Of a DNA stretch of 29,732 bases, positions 1 through 8,764 are shown piece after piece. The position numbers and the translations under genes were made by a program. The first letter of the stretch is position 1; each line of letters opens with the position of its first letter. The stretch spans positions 1 to 29,732 of the forward strand of contig JBGANF010000101.1 in the NCBI GenBank assembly GCA_044222475.1. The letters are read 5' to 3'. The notes beneath the pieces are model-generated. The model ran no database searches and had not been told where the DNA came from. It saw only the letters and a list, made by a program, of their open reading frames with translations. The DNA comes from Polyangiaceae bacterium. Lineage in GTDB: Bacteria; Myxococcota_A; Polyangia; Polyangiales; Polyangiaceae.

Positions 1-267
1 CACCGCGGCGCGGCGCGCCGCGACTCTCCACCCCTTCGGGGATCACGAAGCGTGACCCTTGGTTGGCGCCGCGCGCCAACCGGGGAGAGTGGTTCCACCG
101 TGACGGTTCGTGCTGAGCCAGTTCGTTCGTCGCTGCAGTTGCGTGTGAATGTACGTCACGCGTCCCTTCGTCGATCGTGGCAGACGGCGGTGGTTTCGAA
201 CGCGCCACTTCCGACGCTCGCCCGGCGTATCATTTGGCCGTTGATGCCCGTCCCATGAGGGGGAACG

Positions 268-582
268 ATGAGAGTCGACCTTCGCCTGCCAGCGTTCTCA
301 TTCACAGCTCTCTGTCACGTCCGTGCTGAGGCGCTGTTGCCGTCGGGGACGCAGTGTGAGCTTCACTACGCCGGAGCGCCTGATGGCTTGGATAGCGACG
401 TGCGAGCATACGTCGTCGGCCACGAATCGGTCGCGATCGGCGAAGAGACCGGGCTCGTGCTCGGTTTCCTCGAGCCCGAGTCACATCGTGACAAGTTGAA
501 GCAGGGCGTGCACGTCGAACTGAGGCGAGGTTCTCAACTCATCGCCGTCGGCGAAGTCGTCGTTTGTGGACTCCGTGAATGA
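268..582 (+). CDS. Small hypothetical protein, EF-Tu domain III-like beta-barrel
   Basis: ATG after GGGGAA; C-terminus 'LKQGVHVELRRGSQLIAVGEVV' resembles the last strands of EF-Tu domain III; no GTPase domain. Confidence 0.55.
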   Translation: MRVDLRLPAFSFTALCHVRAEALLPSGTQCELHYAGAPDGLDSDVRAYVVGHESVAIGEETGLVLGFLEPESHRDKLKQGVHVELRRGSQLIAVGEVVVCGLRE

Positions 583-878
583 GCGTGGTTCCACCGCGAC
601 GACCGTGATGGGGACGGTGTCAACTTTGACAACCTTCGGCCGCGACGGCTGGTTCGGACCGGGTTTCTTCATCGCTGTCCCTGGCGTGAAGGAGCGCTTC
701 GGGGCGGGTGGGGAGGTGGAGGCCACCTGGTGACACGTCAGCTTGGCAGGTCGAAGTCGACGGTCTACGGATGGAGGGGCTCGGTCTGCTGTCTCTCGAG
801 TGCGCAACATTGGAAAGCTCTCGAAGGGGCGACGATCGGATGGCACCTTCATCATCCCAAAAGTAGGATCCAGTTTTC

Positions 879-1403
879 GTGAGCGCCCGTGATGTTCGGT
901 TTTTTGCGTCGGCGCGTGACCTCGGCACTCTCTTGGCCGACTTCGAGATGGTCGAAGCGGTCGAGTACGTGCGGCGCGGGCGGGTGTTGGGCGAACAGGT
1001 GGAGATCTTCGGCCGCGCCGCGGACGTCCCACGACTCGGCTTGTCGCGTACGGGCGATCAGATGAGGGATGACGCCTTCCTCGTCGCGCGGAAAGGCAAC
1101 GATTGGAAGCTTGCCGTGGTGGGTGGGACGTCGGCGGTAGACATCGCAGACAACCCGGCGTCGATTTGTCTCTCGCCGGGCGGAGAACATGGCTCTTCTG
1201 CAATCGTGGCCGGCTGGGCAGCCGCGCGCAAAGACGTCGACGATGGTCTGCCGCTCCTTCGCGAGCTCTCCAACGCTTTGCGGAGGCGCTTTCGAAAGAT
1301 CAAGTCGTACTGGGTCGGAGCAGATGCTGAACGTCGACTCGCGGCCGGCTGTCGCCTGACCACCGCGGTCGCATCCTCGCCCAAGTACGACCTGGCTCGC
1401 TGA
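879..1403 (+). CDS. Hypothetical protein, resembles polymorphic-toxin immunity proteins
   Basis: 174-aa ORF with normal globular composition ('RFFASARDL', 'LSPGG', 'YWVGADA...GCRLT'); function inferred from size, pattern and context only. Confidence 0.6.
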   Translation: MSARDVRFFASARDLGTLLADFEMVEAVEYVRRGRVLGEQVEIFGRAADVPRLGLSRTGDQMRDDAFLVARKGNDWKLAVVGGTSAVDIADNPASICLSPGGEHGSSAIVAGWAAARKDVDDGLPLLRELSNALRRRFRKIKSYWVGADAERRLAAGCRLTTAVASSPKYDLAR

Positions 1404-1444
1404 CACTGTACTCTGTACTGGCTCATGGCGAGGTGACCCGCACG

Positions 1445-1738
1445 ATGGCGCTCAGAGAACAGATCGTTCAACTCGTGTCGCTTGGGAGATTGCCGTCGAG
1501 CGACAGCGCGGAGCCGGATGACCTCGACACCCGAGCGGCACTCATGAAGTCCATCGCCCGTCCCGTCACCGACGAGGAAGCGCGAGCTCTCCTAGACCTC
1601 TTCGGTCCCGACGACTGTTTCGGCTTGGCTTGGACGTTGCTCCACCTCATCGAGACTGCACCCACCATGCCGGCACCGTCGAAGCAAACCCTCGAGTCGA
1701 GCGTGTGGCTGCGAGACATCCTACCCGGGCGTCGGTGA
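1445..1738 (+). CDS. Small alpha-helical hypothetical protein, immunity-protein-like
   Basis: ATG at 1445 after GAGGTG; motif 'DDCFGLAWTLLHLIETAP' (LxHxxE), as in predicted helical immunity families. Confidence 0.6.
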   Translation: MALREQIVQLVSLGRLPSSDSAEPDDLDTRAALMKSIARPVTDEEARALLDLFGPDDCFGLAWTLLHLIETAPTMPAPSKQTLESSVWLRDILPGRR

Positions 1739-1782
1739 AGCCGGGGCGGTCGTGCTCCCTATCGTACGTCGCGTCGCCGCGC

Positions 1783-3741
1783 TCAGCGCCCAGCCAGCGC
1801 CAGCGCCCACACCGGGAACAGTCTCAAGTACGCGTCGTAATGGATCGCGCACGTCTTGTTGAAGACCCCAGTCAGCTTCTGCTCCGGCCAACGACCATCG
1901 GCGCTCTGCGCTTCTTCCAGCCAGCGCACTCCTCGCTGAGCCGCCGCCCCGTCTCCGCGCCCCGCCGCCCACAGCGAGAGCACCGCCCACGAGGTCTGCA
2001 CCGCTTGCCCCGTCTCCGCTTCGACGTAGCGCCGCTGACGACAGCTCTCGATCGTCTCGCTCCACGAGCCGTCCGCGCGCTGCTTCTCTTCCAGGAACCG
2101 CGCCGCCGCCTGCATCGCCGGATCGCGCGTCGGCACGCCGGCCGCGCGTAGACCCCACGTGCCGAACCACGTGCCGTACGTGAAGCAGACTCCCCAGCTG
2201 CCCTCCCAGCTGCCGTCGGCGCGCTGCTTGTTCTGGATGAACTTTCGGCCGCCCTCGATCGCCGCGTCGATCTTCTTCCGCATCGGCGAACCCGGGTACG
2301 CCTGCTGGAACGCGACCAGCGCCTGCACGCACGCCGACGTGCACTCGACGTACGAGTAGTCGACCATGATGTCGCTGAAGACGTCCGACGGATTGAGCTT
2401 CTCCAGCCACGCCGGACCGCGCATCTTCTCGTACGTGGCCCAGCCGCCGTCCGCGTTCTGCCAGGAGAGGATCAGCTTCGCCGCGTCTTCGCGTCGCTCC
2501 TTGCCGATCGCTCGGAAGCCCTGCGCATCGAGCAGCAGCGCGGCCTTGAGGCCCTCGGCGGTGCAGTCGCTGATCGGCCAGCCGTGATCTCGCGTCGAGA
2601 ACGGCCAGCCACCCTTGCTCGCGTGGCGGAAGTACTTGTCCCTTTGTGGGACGTCTTCGCGCACTTGGTTGTCGTCGAGGTATTTGTACGCGCGCTCCAC
2701 CGTCGAGCGGATCCGGTCGCCGCGACCCGTCGCGGCGATGGCCTGAAGCACGAACGCCGTGTCCCACAGCTCCGACGAGTCGTAGCCGTTCATCTTCACG
2801 CCGTCCGCCGCGTGGCAGAGGTAGTCCGGCAGGCGCTCCCTGTGGCGTCGCAGGCTCTCCCCGCTGGGGTCCGCGAAGAACCACACGAGCGTGTTGAAGA
2901 GCTTGTTCACCGGGCCGATGCACAGGTAGTTCGTGTTGCGGTCCTCGGCGCGGAGTTGGTCGAGCACGAACGCGCACGAGCGGTCGCGGAGCCGTGCCGA
3001 CGGCCGCTTCTCGTAGCGCGCGAGGACGCGGTTCACCGTGCGCAGGATCGACGTGCGCTCGGTGTATGCGTCGCTGCGGGCGACGCGATCCTTCGCCGCG
3101 TTCCAGTCGACCTGGGCGTACGGCACTTCGTAGATCTCCTCGCGCAGCTCGCTCAGCAGATCGTCCATCGGGAGCGCCGCGCGGCGCGCCCAGAGCCAGC
3201 TCATCGGCAGGTACACCATGCGGCAGTGGCACCAGAGCCGCGACGGGTGGAACGGGAGCGACTTGGGCAGGAGCCACAGCTCGGGCGGAACCGGGTGAAG
3301 CCCGTCGTACGAGTACAACCCCATGACGGCGAGCATCTGCTTGCCCCACGAGCCGCTCGCCGCCGCGCCGCCGTGCCTCAAGAACCAGAGGCGCGCCTTC
3401 ACGAGCGCGGCGTCGTCCTTGGCCACGCCGAGCAAGCGCAGCGCGACGTAGACGACCACCGAGGTGAAGACCATGCTCTCGCCCTCGACGTCGAGACCGA
3501 AGCCGCCGTCCTCGTTCTGGTGATTCCGGAAGTAGCGCTCGATGCCCTCGCGCAGCTTGCCGGTGGGGCGATCACCGATGGCGTAGAGCGTGAACACGTA
3601 GAGCGGCAGCAGGAACAACGGTCCGCCGTAGTCGCCCTTCCACGAGCCGGTGCGGCTCTGCGTGTCCGCGAGGACGGCGAGCCCTTTGTCGATCGCGGCG
3701 TCGCGCCTGCTCGGGCGCGCCGGTGTTTCCGCGTTCATCAT
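1783..3741 (-). CDS. osc: 2,3-oxidosqualene cyclase, cycloartenol-synthase type
   Basis: Catalytic DCTAE motif in 'GWPFSTRDHGWPISDCTAEGLKA', 'WCHCRMVYLPMS', several QW repeats (QNEDGGF, QNADGGW, QRADGSW x2, QSADGRW). Start ATG 3741 overlaps the upstream stop (ATGA); the ORF-track extension to 4476 lies in another frame of the epoxidase gene. Confidence 0.96.
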   Translation of the reverse strand: MMNAETPARPSRRDAAIDKGLAVLADTQSRTGSWKGDYGGPLFLLPLYVFTLYAIGDRPTGKLREGIERYFRNHQNEDGGFGLDVEGESMVFTSVVVYVALRLLGVAKDDAALVKARLWFLRHGGAAASGSWGKQMLAVMGLYSYDGLHPVPPELWLLPKSLPFHPSRLWCHCRMVYLPMSWLWARRAALPMDDLLSELREEIYEVPYAQVDWNAAKDRVARSDAYTERTSILRTVNRVLARYEKRPSARLRDRSCAFVLDQLRAEDRNTNYLCIGPVNKLFNTLVWFFADPSGESLRRHRERLPDYLCHAADGVKMNGYDSSELWDTAFVLQAIAATGRGDRIRSTVERAYKYLDDNQVREDVPQRDKYFRHASKGGWPFSTRDHGWPISDCTAEGLKAALLLDAQGFRAIGKERREDAAKLILSWQNADGGWATYEKMRGPAWLEKLNPSDVFSDIMVDYSYVECTSACVQALVAFQQAYPGSPMRKKIDAAIEGGRKFIQNKQRADGSWEGSWGVCFTYGTWFGTWGLRAAGVPTRDPAMQAAARFLEEKQRADGSWSETIESCRQRRYVEAETGQAVQTSWAVLSLWAAGRGDGAAAQRGVRWLEEAQSADGRWPEQKLTGVFNKTCAIHYDAYLRLFPVWALALAGR

Positions 3742-5090
3742 GAGGCGAGTACTCGCGACACCTTCTCGACGCTGAGTCGCGCGAGCCCCACGAGAGACTT
3801 GGTGCGAGCGCGGAGCGAGGGCTCGCCCGCCTGTCCGCTCAGCACGACGCGCGTCGAGCGACCCGCGACCTGCAGGTAGGTCGCGAGGAACGCGCCGGGG
3901 CTCGACTCGTGGCAGGCGAGGATCGCCATCGAGTTGCGACGGAGCTCGGGGTTCTCGCGCCAGGCGCGCATGAGCCCGCGTGCGACCGCGCGCGATCCGG
4001 CGTCGGTGCCGCGGAACACTTCGTACATCGCGCCGGCGAGGTGCTCGCGCGCGCGGACGAACGCATAGCGGCGCGTCTGGTAGCGCGTCAGCGCGGCGTC
4101 GATCATGCGAGCGCGATAGCGGTCGGCCCAGGAAGACGACGGGATCGCGTCGAGCTCGGCGGCGAGCGTCTCGGCGTCGTGCAGCGCGATCGTCATGCCG
4201 GCGGCGGTGAGCGGGTGCGAGCAACCGCCGGCGTCGCCCACGAGGACGAAGCCCGGGATCGTGCACGAGCGGGTGAAGACCTTGTGCGTCGCGCACATCT
4301 CGAGGTCTTCTTCCTCGAGGCTCTTGAGCAGCGCTGCCCGCAGACGCGCGGGGAGGAACGGCGCGTGCTCTTCCGCGATGCGCGCGCGCACGGCGCTGCG
4401 ATCGACGTGAGGCGGGAGATCGATGCACATGCGCGCGCGGCCGTCCTCGGTCGGGTAGGCGAGGATCGGACCCCACGCACCGACGAAGATGTGGCCGTGC
4501 CCCGGGTTCGGGAGATCTTCGGCTTCGATCAGCGGAGCCGCGGTGAACGAGAGGAGCTCGGTCTCGTGCCCGAGGCCTGCGGCCGCGCGCATCTTGGAGT
4601 GGCGCCCATCGGCGGCGATGACGAGCGGCGCGTGCAGCGTCTCACCGGTCTCGGTTCGGACGCCGCTCACGCGGCCTTCGTCGCGGAGGAGCTCGCGCAC
4701 GCGGACACCGCGGCGCATCGTGACGCCGGTGCGGCGCGCGACCTCGGGCCGCATGGCCTCGACCATCGCGACGTGGTTGCACGAGAAGCCGAGCACGCGG
4801 TCGTACGGAATGCGCGCTTCGCCGTCGTCGTGGAGTGACACGACGTAGCCCTCGACGGTCGCTCCGTGGGTCGTCTCGCGCAGGCGATCGAGGAGGCCGA
4901 GGCGTCCGAGGATGGACACGCCGGCGGGGTGAATGAGCTCGCCCGAGAATCGATTCGCGAACGCGTCGCGGCTCTCGAGCACGAGGATGCGTCGCCGTCC
5001 GTTCGCGAGCGCGGCCGCGGTCACGATTCCGGCGAAACCACCGCCGATGATGATGACGTCGTAGGCCTTCTCGTCCAAGGCAGCAGACAT
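3738..5090 (-). CDS. Squalene epoxidase (squalene monooxygenase), FAD-dependent
   Basis: GGGFAG dinucleotide motif, 'GELIHPAG', 'ADGRHS', 'GDAGGCSHPLTAAGMT' match squalene epoxidase motifs; translationally coupled to the cyclase. Confidence 0.9.
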   Translation of the reverse strand: MSAALDEKAYDVIIIGGGFAGIVTAAALANGRRRILVLESRDAFANRFSGELIHPAGVSILGRLGLLDRLRETTHGATVEGYVVSLHDDGEARIPYDRVLGFSCNHVAMVEAMRPEVARRTGVTMRRGVRVRELLRDEGRVSGVRTETGETLHAPLVIAADGRHSKMRAAAGLGHETELLSFTAAPLIEAEDLPNPGHGHIFVGAWGPILAYPTEDGRARMCIDLPPHVDRSAVRARIAEEHAPFLPARLRAALLKSLEEEDLEMCATHKVFTRSCTIPGFVLVGDAGGCSHPLTAAGMTIALHDAETLAAELDAIPSSSWADRYRARMIDAALTRYQTRRYAFVRAREHLAGAMYEVFRGTDAGSRAVARGLMRAWRENPELRRNSMAILACHESSPGAFLATYLQVAGRSTRVVLSGQAGEPSLRARTKSLVGLARLSVEKVSRVLAS

Positions 5091-5351
5091 GGCTATCCCG
5101 TTCCCGTCCACGGAGGCGACTCTACTTCGACCTTCACAAAAGGACGAGATTCCTCTTCGATTCTCGTCGTTTGGTGCGTAGACCGTTACGCTACCGCGAC
5201 GAGTCGTTCGCTGTTTGGGCGCTTCCAGACCGATCGGTAAGCTCGAGGACGGGCCTCCGGAAGGAAGTGACCGCTCTCGGTGAGCCGGTATCGGTGTCCC
5301 AACATGGTACACCGGCGGCGAGTCTGAGCTTCCGTCGGGCGGCGACCACGG

Positions 5352-6398
5352 CTAGAGCTTCCACGTTCTCTTGATCGCGGGCGCGCCACACGCAGCCAGG
5401 TCGCTCTCGCGGACGATCCAGCCTGCGTCCCGCAGCCGATCGTCTTCTGGACCGAGCCGCACCGTGACCCACGCGTCGGCGATCGCGCCGCGCACGAACG
5501 GAGCTCCCGCGGCGTAGACGCCGACGTCGGCGATCGTGCGGTCCGCCATCCGCCCGTAGATCGTCAGCGGCGTCGGACACGCGATCGCGCCTGGTCCCAA
5601 TCCATACCCGCGCCCCCCGGAGTGACCGATCGTCCCGATGCTTCCGAGGCCGATGCTACCGTTCTCGCTGACCTTCGATCGCGGCGTCCAGCCGTACGCA
5701 AGGAACTCTCCGGACTCGACGACGACGCGCACGCTCTTGCGGTTCGCGTTGATGATGCGCGCGCTGCCCGCGATGCCGACGAGACGCGGCGCGCCGCCGG
5801 GGGACGAGGCGAGATCACCTCGGAACCACACCGGCGACGGTTCCACCCGCCGTCGACGCGGACGCTCGAGCGACACGCGCTCGCACTCGGTGCTCGCGGA
5901 CGCCGAGCCGAGGCCGTCGAGCAGTACGTTCTCGGGCAGGTCCACCGAGAGACTCACCTTGCCGGACGGATCGGTGCGCTGCCATCGCACGTCCCGCGTC
6001 GTCTCGAGCATGTCGCCGAAGAGCACGTCCGGGGCGAAGAGCTCGACCGTGTCCCTCGGCACGTATCCGTGAAGTCGGAACGCGTCCGCCATCGTGTCGG
6101 CTTCGACGCCCATCGCGCCGTCCTCGCCGAGGTGGACCGCGATCGCATCTGCTTCGAGATTCACGAACGGCGCCTCGCGCGGTGATGCGCGAAGGGCGAT
6201 CGCGCGCGGCCTATGTGATCGCACGACGCACCCGTTCGCGAACGCGAACGCGGGGCGGATCGAGCCCGGCACCGGCGCGGGCGGCGCGGCGGCAGTGGAG
6301 CTCGGCGGCGGGGCGGGAGGAGCCTTCACCGAAGCCCGCACGACCGGCGTTCCACCGCAGGCAACGAGCACGAGCGAGGCGAGGAAGAGCGCGCGCAT
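5352..6398 (-). CDS. Hypothetical lipoprotein
   Basis: Signal peptide with lipobox 'MRALFLASLVLVA-C', Pro-rich linker, Gly-rich 'GSIGLGSIGTIGHSGG' segment; C-terminal part of ORF 5352..7634. Confidence 0.7.
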   Translation of the reverse strand: MRALFLASLVLVACGGTPVVRASVKAPPAPPPSSTAAAPPAPVPGSIRPAFAFANGCVVRSHRPRAIALRASPREAPFVNLEADAIAVHLGEDGAMGVEADTMADAFRLHGYVPRDTVELFAPDVLFGDMLETTRDVRWQRTDPSGKVSLSVDLPENVLLDGLGSASASTECERVSLERPRRRRVEPSPVWFRGDLASSPGGAPRLVGIAGSARIINANRKSVRVVVESGEFLAYGWTPRSKVSENGSIGLGSIGTIGHSGGRGYGLGPGAIACPTPLTIYGRMADRTIADVGVYAAGAPFVRGAIADAWVTVRLGPEDDRLRDAGWIVRESDLAACGAPAIKRTWKL

Positions 6399-6442
6399 GG
6401 TCGACGTCCCGACCGTGCGTCGCGCGCAAAAGTTCCCGCGCG

Positions 6443-7846
6443 TCAGAGCTTGATCTTCTTCCAACCGCCAGCGCGGAATTTTACCGTCATCGTGGCCGCG
6501 GCGAGCGCGGCGTAGATGCAGCCAGGGACCCAGATGCCCACGATGCCGAGGTTCATCTTGATCCCGAAGAAGTACGCGCCCGGCACGAGCACCGTGCTGA
6601 TGAGGACGAACTGAGCGATGGCGACGAACTTCGTGCTGCCCGCGCCGAAGAGCGCCTCGCTCAGGATCAGCGCGACGCTGATGAGCGGCGTCACGATGCC
6701 CATGAGCAGCATCGGCGTCGACATCGCGGCCTGCACGGCTTCGCTCTTCGGCGCGATGAAGTGGAGGAGCTGCGTGCGGAACAGGAAGCCCTCGCAGAGC
6801 CCGACCACGCCGAAGATGACGAGCCCGAGGCGAACGCTCGTCCAGCCGTAGGACTCGGCTGCGGCGGGATCCTTGCGGCCCATGCTCTGGCTCACGAGCG
6901 TCGCGGTCGCGGTGCCGAAGCCGATGCACGCGGTGAACGTGAGCTTGAGGATCTCGATGATGTTCGTCGTCGCGGCGGCGTTCACCGCCTCGGCCATGCC
7001 GGCATCCAGCGTGTTGACGATTCGCGAGAACGTCGAGAAGCCAGCCATCATGATGATGGTCGCGAGCGCGGCCGGGATGCTCAGCTTGAGCATGTCCCAC
7101 AGAAGGCTCCGCGAGACGTTCGACCACTTCATCGGCTCGAACTCTTTGCGGTGCTGCCACGCGTACCAGAGCATGATCGCGAGGCCGATCCACGTCGACG
7201 CCAGGGCCGCGAGACCCGCGCCGGGAGCGCCCATCGTCGGCGCGCCGAGGTGACCGAAGAGGAACATCCAGCAGAAGAGGACGTTGAAGACGTTCATGAC
7301 GATCGACGCGACGAGGTGGTACCGCGTGCGGCCGATCCCGTCGAAGAAGCCCTTGATCGCCTGGGTCATCGCCATCGACACGAAGCCGAAGACCCGCCAG
7401 CGCGAGTACTCGATGGCGATGTGGCGCACGCCCTCGACTTGGATCTGCTTCGCGAAGATCCACGGGAGCGCGAAGTAGCTGATCGGCAGGATGATGAGGC
7501 CGCCGATCAGGGTGAACCACACGGCGTTCGCGAGGACGGCACCGGCCGCCTGGCGGTTGCCCTCGGCGACGCGACGCGCGGTGAGCGCCTGGGTGCCGAC
7601 GCTGATCGCGCCGAGCGCGCCGCCGAAGGCCCACACGATGACGAGGGAGGGGAACAGCGCCGCTTGCGCGTTCGAGGCGTCGGTCGGGTCGGGGAGGCGG
7701 GCGAAGAAGACGTCGTCGACCTCGTTGACGATGCTCTGCAGGAGCATGGCGAACACGGTCGGCGTGGCGAGCTTGACGATCGTCTTCGCCTTCGAAGCCG
7801 CGAAATCGATGGTCGTCCCAAGGTCACTAGGAGGTCCGCTCGCCAC
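6443..7846 (-). CDS. MATE family efflux transporter
   Basis: About 12 hydrophobic segments; 'KLATPTVFAMLLQSIVNEVD', 'GFFDGIGRT', 'KLSIPAAL', 'TLVSQSMG' two-repeat MATE pattern. Confidence 0.9.
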   Translation of the reverse strand: MASGPPSDLGTTIDFAASKAKTIVKLATPTVFAMLLQSIVNEVDDVFFARLPDPTDASNAQAALFPSLVIVWAFGGALGAISVGTQALTARRVAEGNRQAAGAVLANAVWFTLIGGLIILPISYFALPWIFAKQIQVEGVRHIAIEYSRWRVFGFVSMAMTQAIKGFFDGIGRTRYHLVASIVMNVFNVLFCWMFLFGHLGAPTMGAPGAGLAALASTWIGLAIMLWYAWQHRKEFEPMKWSNVSRSLLWDMLKLSIPAALATIIMMAGFSTFSRIVNTLDAGMAEAVNAAATTNIIEILKLTFTACIGFGTATATLVSQSMGRKDPAAAESYGWTSVRLGLVIFGVVGLCEGFLFRTQLLHFIAPKSEAVQAAMSTPMLLMGIVTPLISVALILSEALFGAGSTKFVAIAQFVLISTVLVPGAYFFGIKMNLGIVGIWVPGCIYAALAAATMTVKFRAGGWKKIKL

Positions 7847-7933
7847 GCTTTGGCCTGGCTCTTACGGGACCGGATGCCAGAAGTCCACCCTCCTTAGTTG
7901 ACATGTGGCCCCGGTCGTAGGACACCGGAGTAC

Positions 7934-8683
7934 ATGAGCTCTCCCCGCAACCGACGTCGTGTGATGGCGGTGGGCTGGACCCTCCTCGTGGGTTTGGCCG
8001 TCGCGGTGGGGTGCGGCGGGCCCAAGTACCCGAACTGCGACAACGACGAGCATTGCAACGCCGACGGTCACAAGGGCGTCTGCGTCGACCACCACTGCGT
8101 CCAATGCCGAGACGACGCCGGGTGCGCCAAGGGCGAGAAATGCACCGACGGCGCGTGCGCCGCGATCCCCGGCTACTGCGACGACTCGAAGGCCTGCGCC
8201 GCTGGTGAGAACTGCGGCAAGGACCACAAGTGCGTGAAGGCCGAGTCGACGTCCCGCGACCCGACGTCGTGCGACGACGATCACCCGTGCCCGACCGGCG
8301 AGCGCTGCCAGAACGGTCACTGCGTCGCCCCGCCGAAGGGTGGCCCTGGCTGCCAGGATTTCCCGGCTCCCAAGTTCGAGTTCGAGTCGCCCGAGCTCTC
8401 GGCCGACGCGAAGAAGACGCTCACCCGCCTCGCGGGCTGCGTCACGACCGGCACGCTCAAGGGCGCGAACGTGACCCTCGTCGGTCACTGCGACGCGCGC
8501 GGCGAGTACGAGTTCAACATGAGCCTCGGCGCCGAGCGGTCCGAGGTGGCGCGAAAGTTCCTCGTCGGCCTCGGCGTGCCGGAAAACATCATCCTCGCGA
8601 CGTCGCGCGGGAAGCTCGACGCCGTCGGCACCGACGAAGCCGGCTGGGCGAACGACCGCCGCGTCGACATCGAGATCCGCTGA
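7934..8683 (+). CDS. OmpA/Pal-like peptidoglycan-binding lipoprotein with four Cys-rich repeats
   Basis: GGAG RBS before ATG 7934; lipobox AVGC; four 4-Cys repeats; OmpA-C motifs 'GHCDARG..EFNMSLGAERS' and 'DRRVDI'. Confidence 0.9.
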   Translation: MSSPRNRRRVMAVGWTLLVGLAVAVGCGGPKYPNCDNDEHCNADGHKGVCVDHHCVQCRDDAGCAKGEKCTDGACAAIPGYCDDSKACAAGENCGKDHKCVKAESTSRDPTSCDDDHPCPTGERCQNGHCVAPPKGGPGCQDFPAPKFEFESPELSADAKKTLTRLAGCVTTGTLKGANVTLVGHCDARGEYEFNMSLGAERSEVARKFLVGLGVPENIILATSRGKLDAVGTDEAGWANDRRVDIEIR

Positions 8684-8686
8684 ATC

Positions 8687-8716
8687 ACCGTTCGTGGAGC
8701 CTCCTCTCCACGCGGT
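8687..8716. terminator. Hairpin between convergent genes (possible terminator or REP-like element)
   Basis: ACCG-tt-CGTGGAG / CTCCACG-CGGT inverted repeat just after the OmpA stop; no clear U-tract. Confidence 0.4.
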
Positions 8717-8764
8717 CCCTCCGCTACGCGTCGGGATTCGCGTCGAGAATCGAGCTCTCGCTGA

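Noticed and set aside
1..1780. Integron cassette array or CRISPR array
   Set aside because: No convincing attC core sites, integrase, or regularly spaced repeats; only one two-copy repeat.
1783..3741. Squalene-hopene cyclase (hopanoid) call
   Set aside because: Has DCTAE rather than DXDD and is coupled to a squalene epoxidase.
5352..7846. MATE and lipoprotein as sterol export genes
   Set aside because: Only co-orientation supports this; a gap of about 260 bp separates them from the epoxidase and known bacterial sterol transporters are RND-type.
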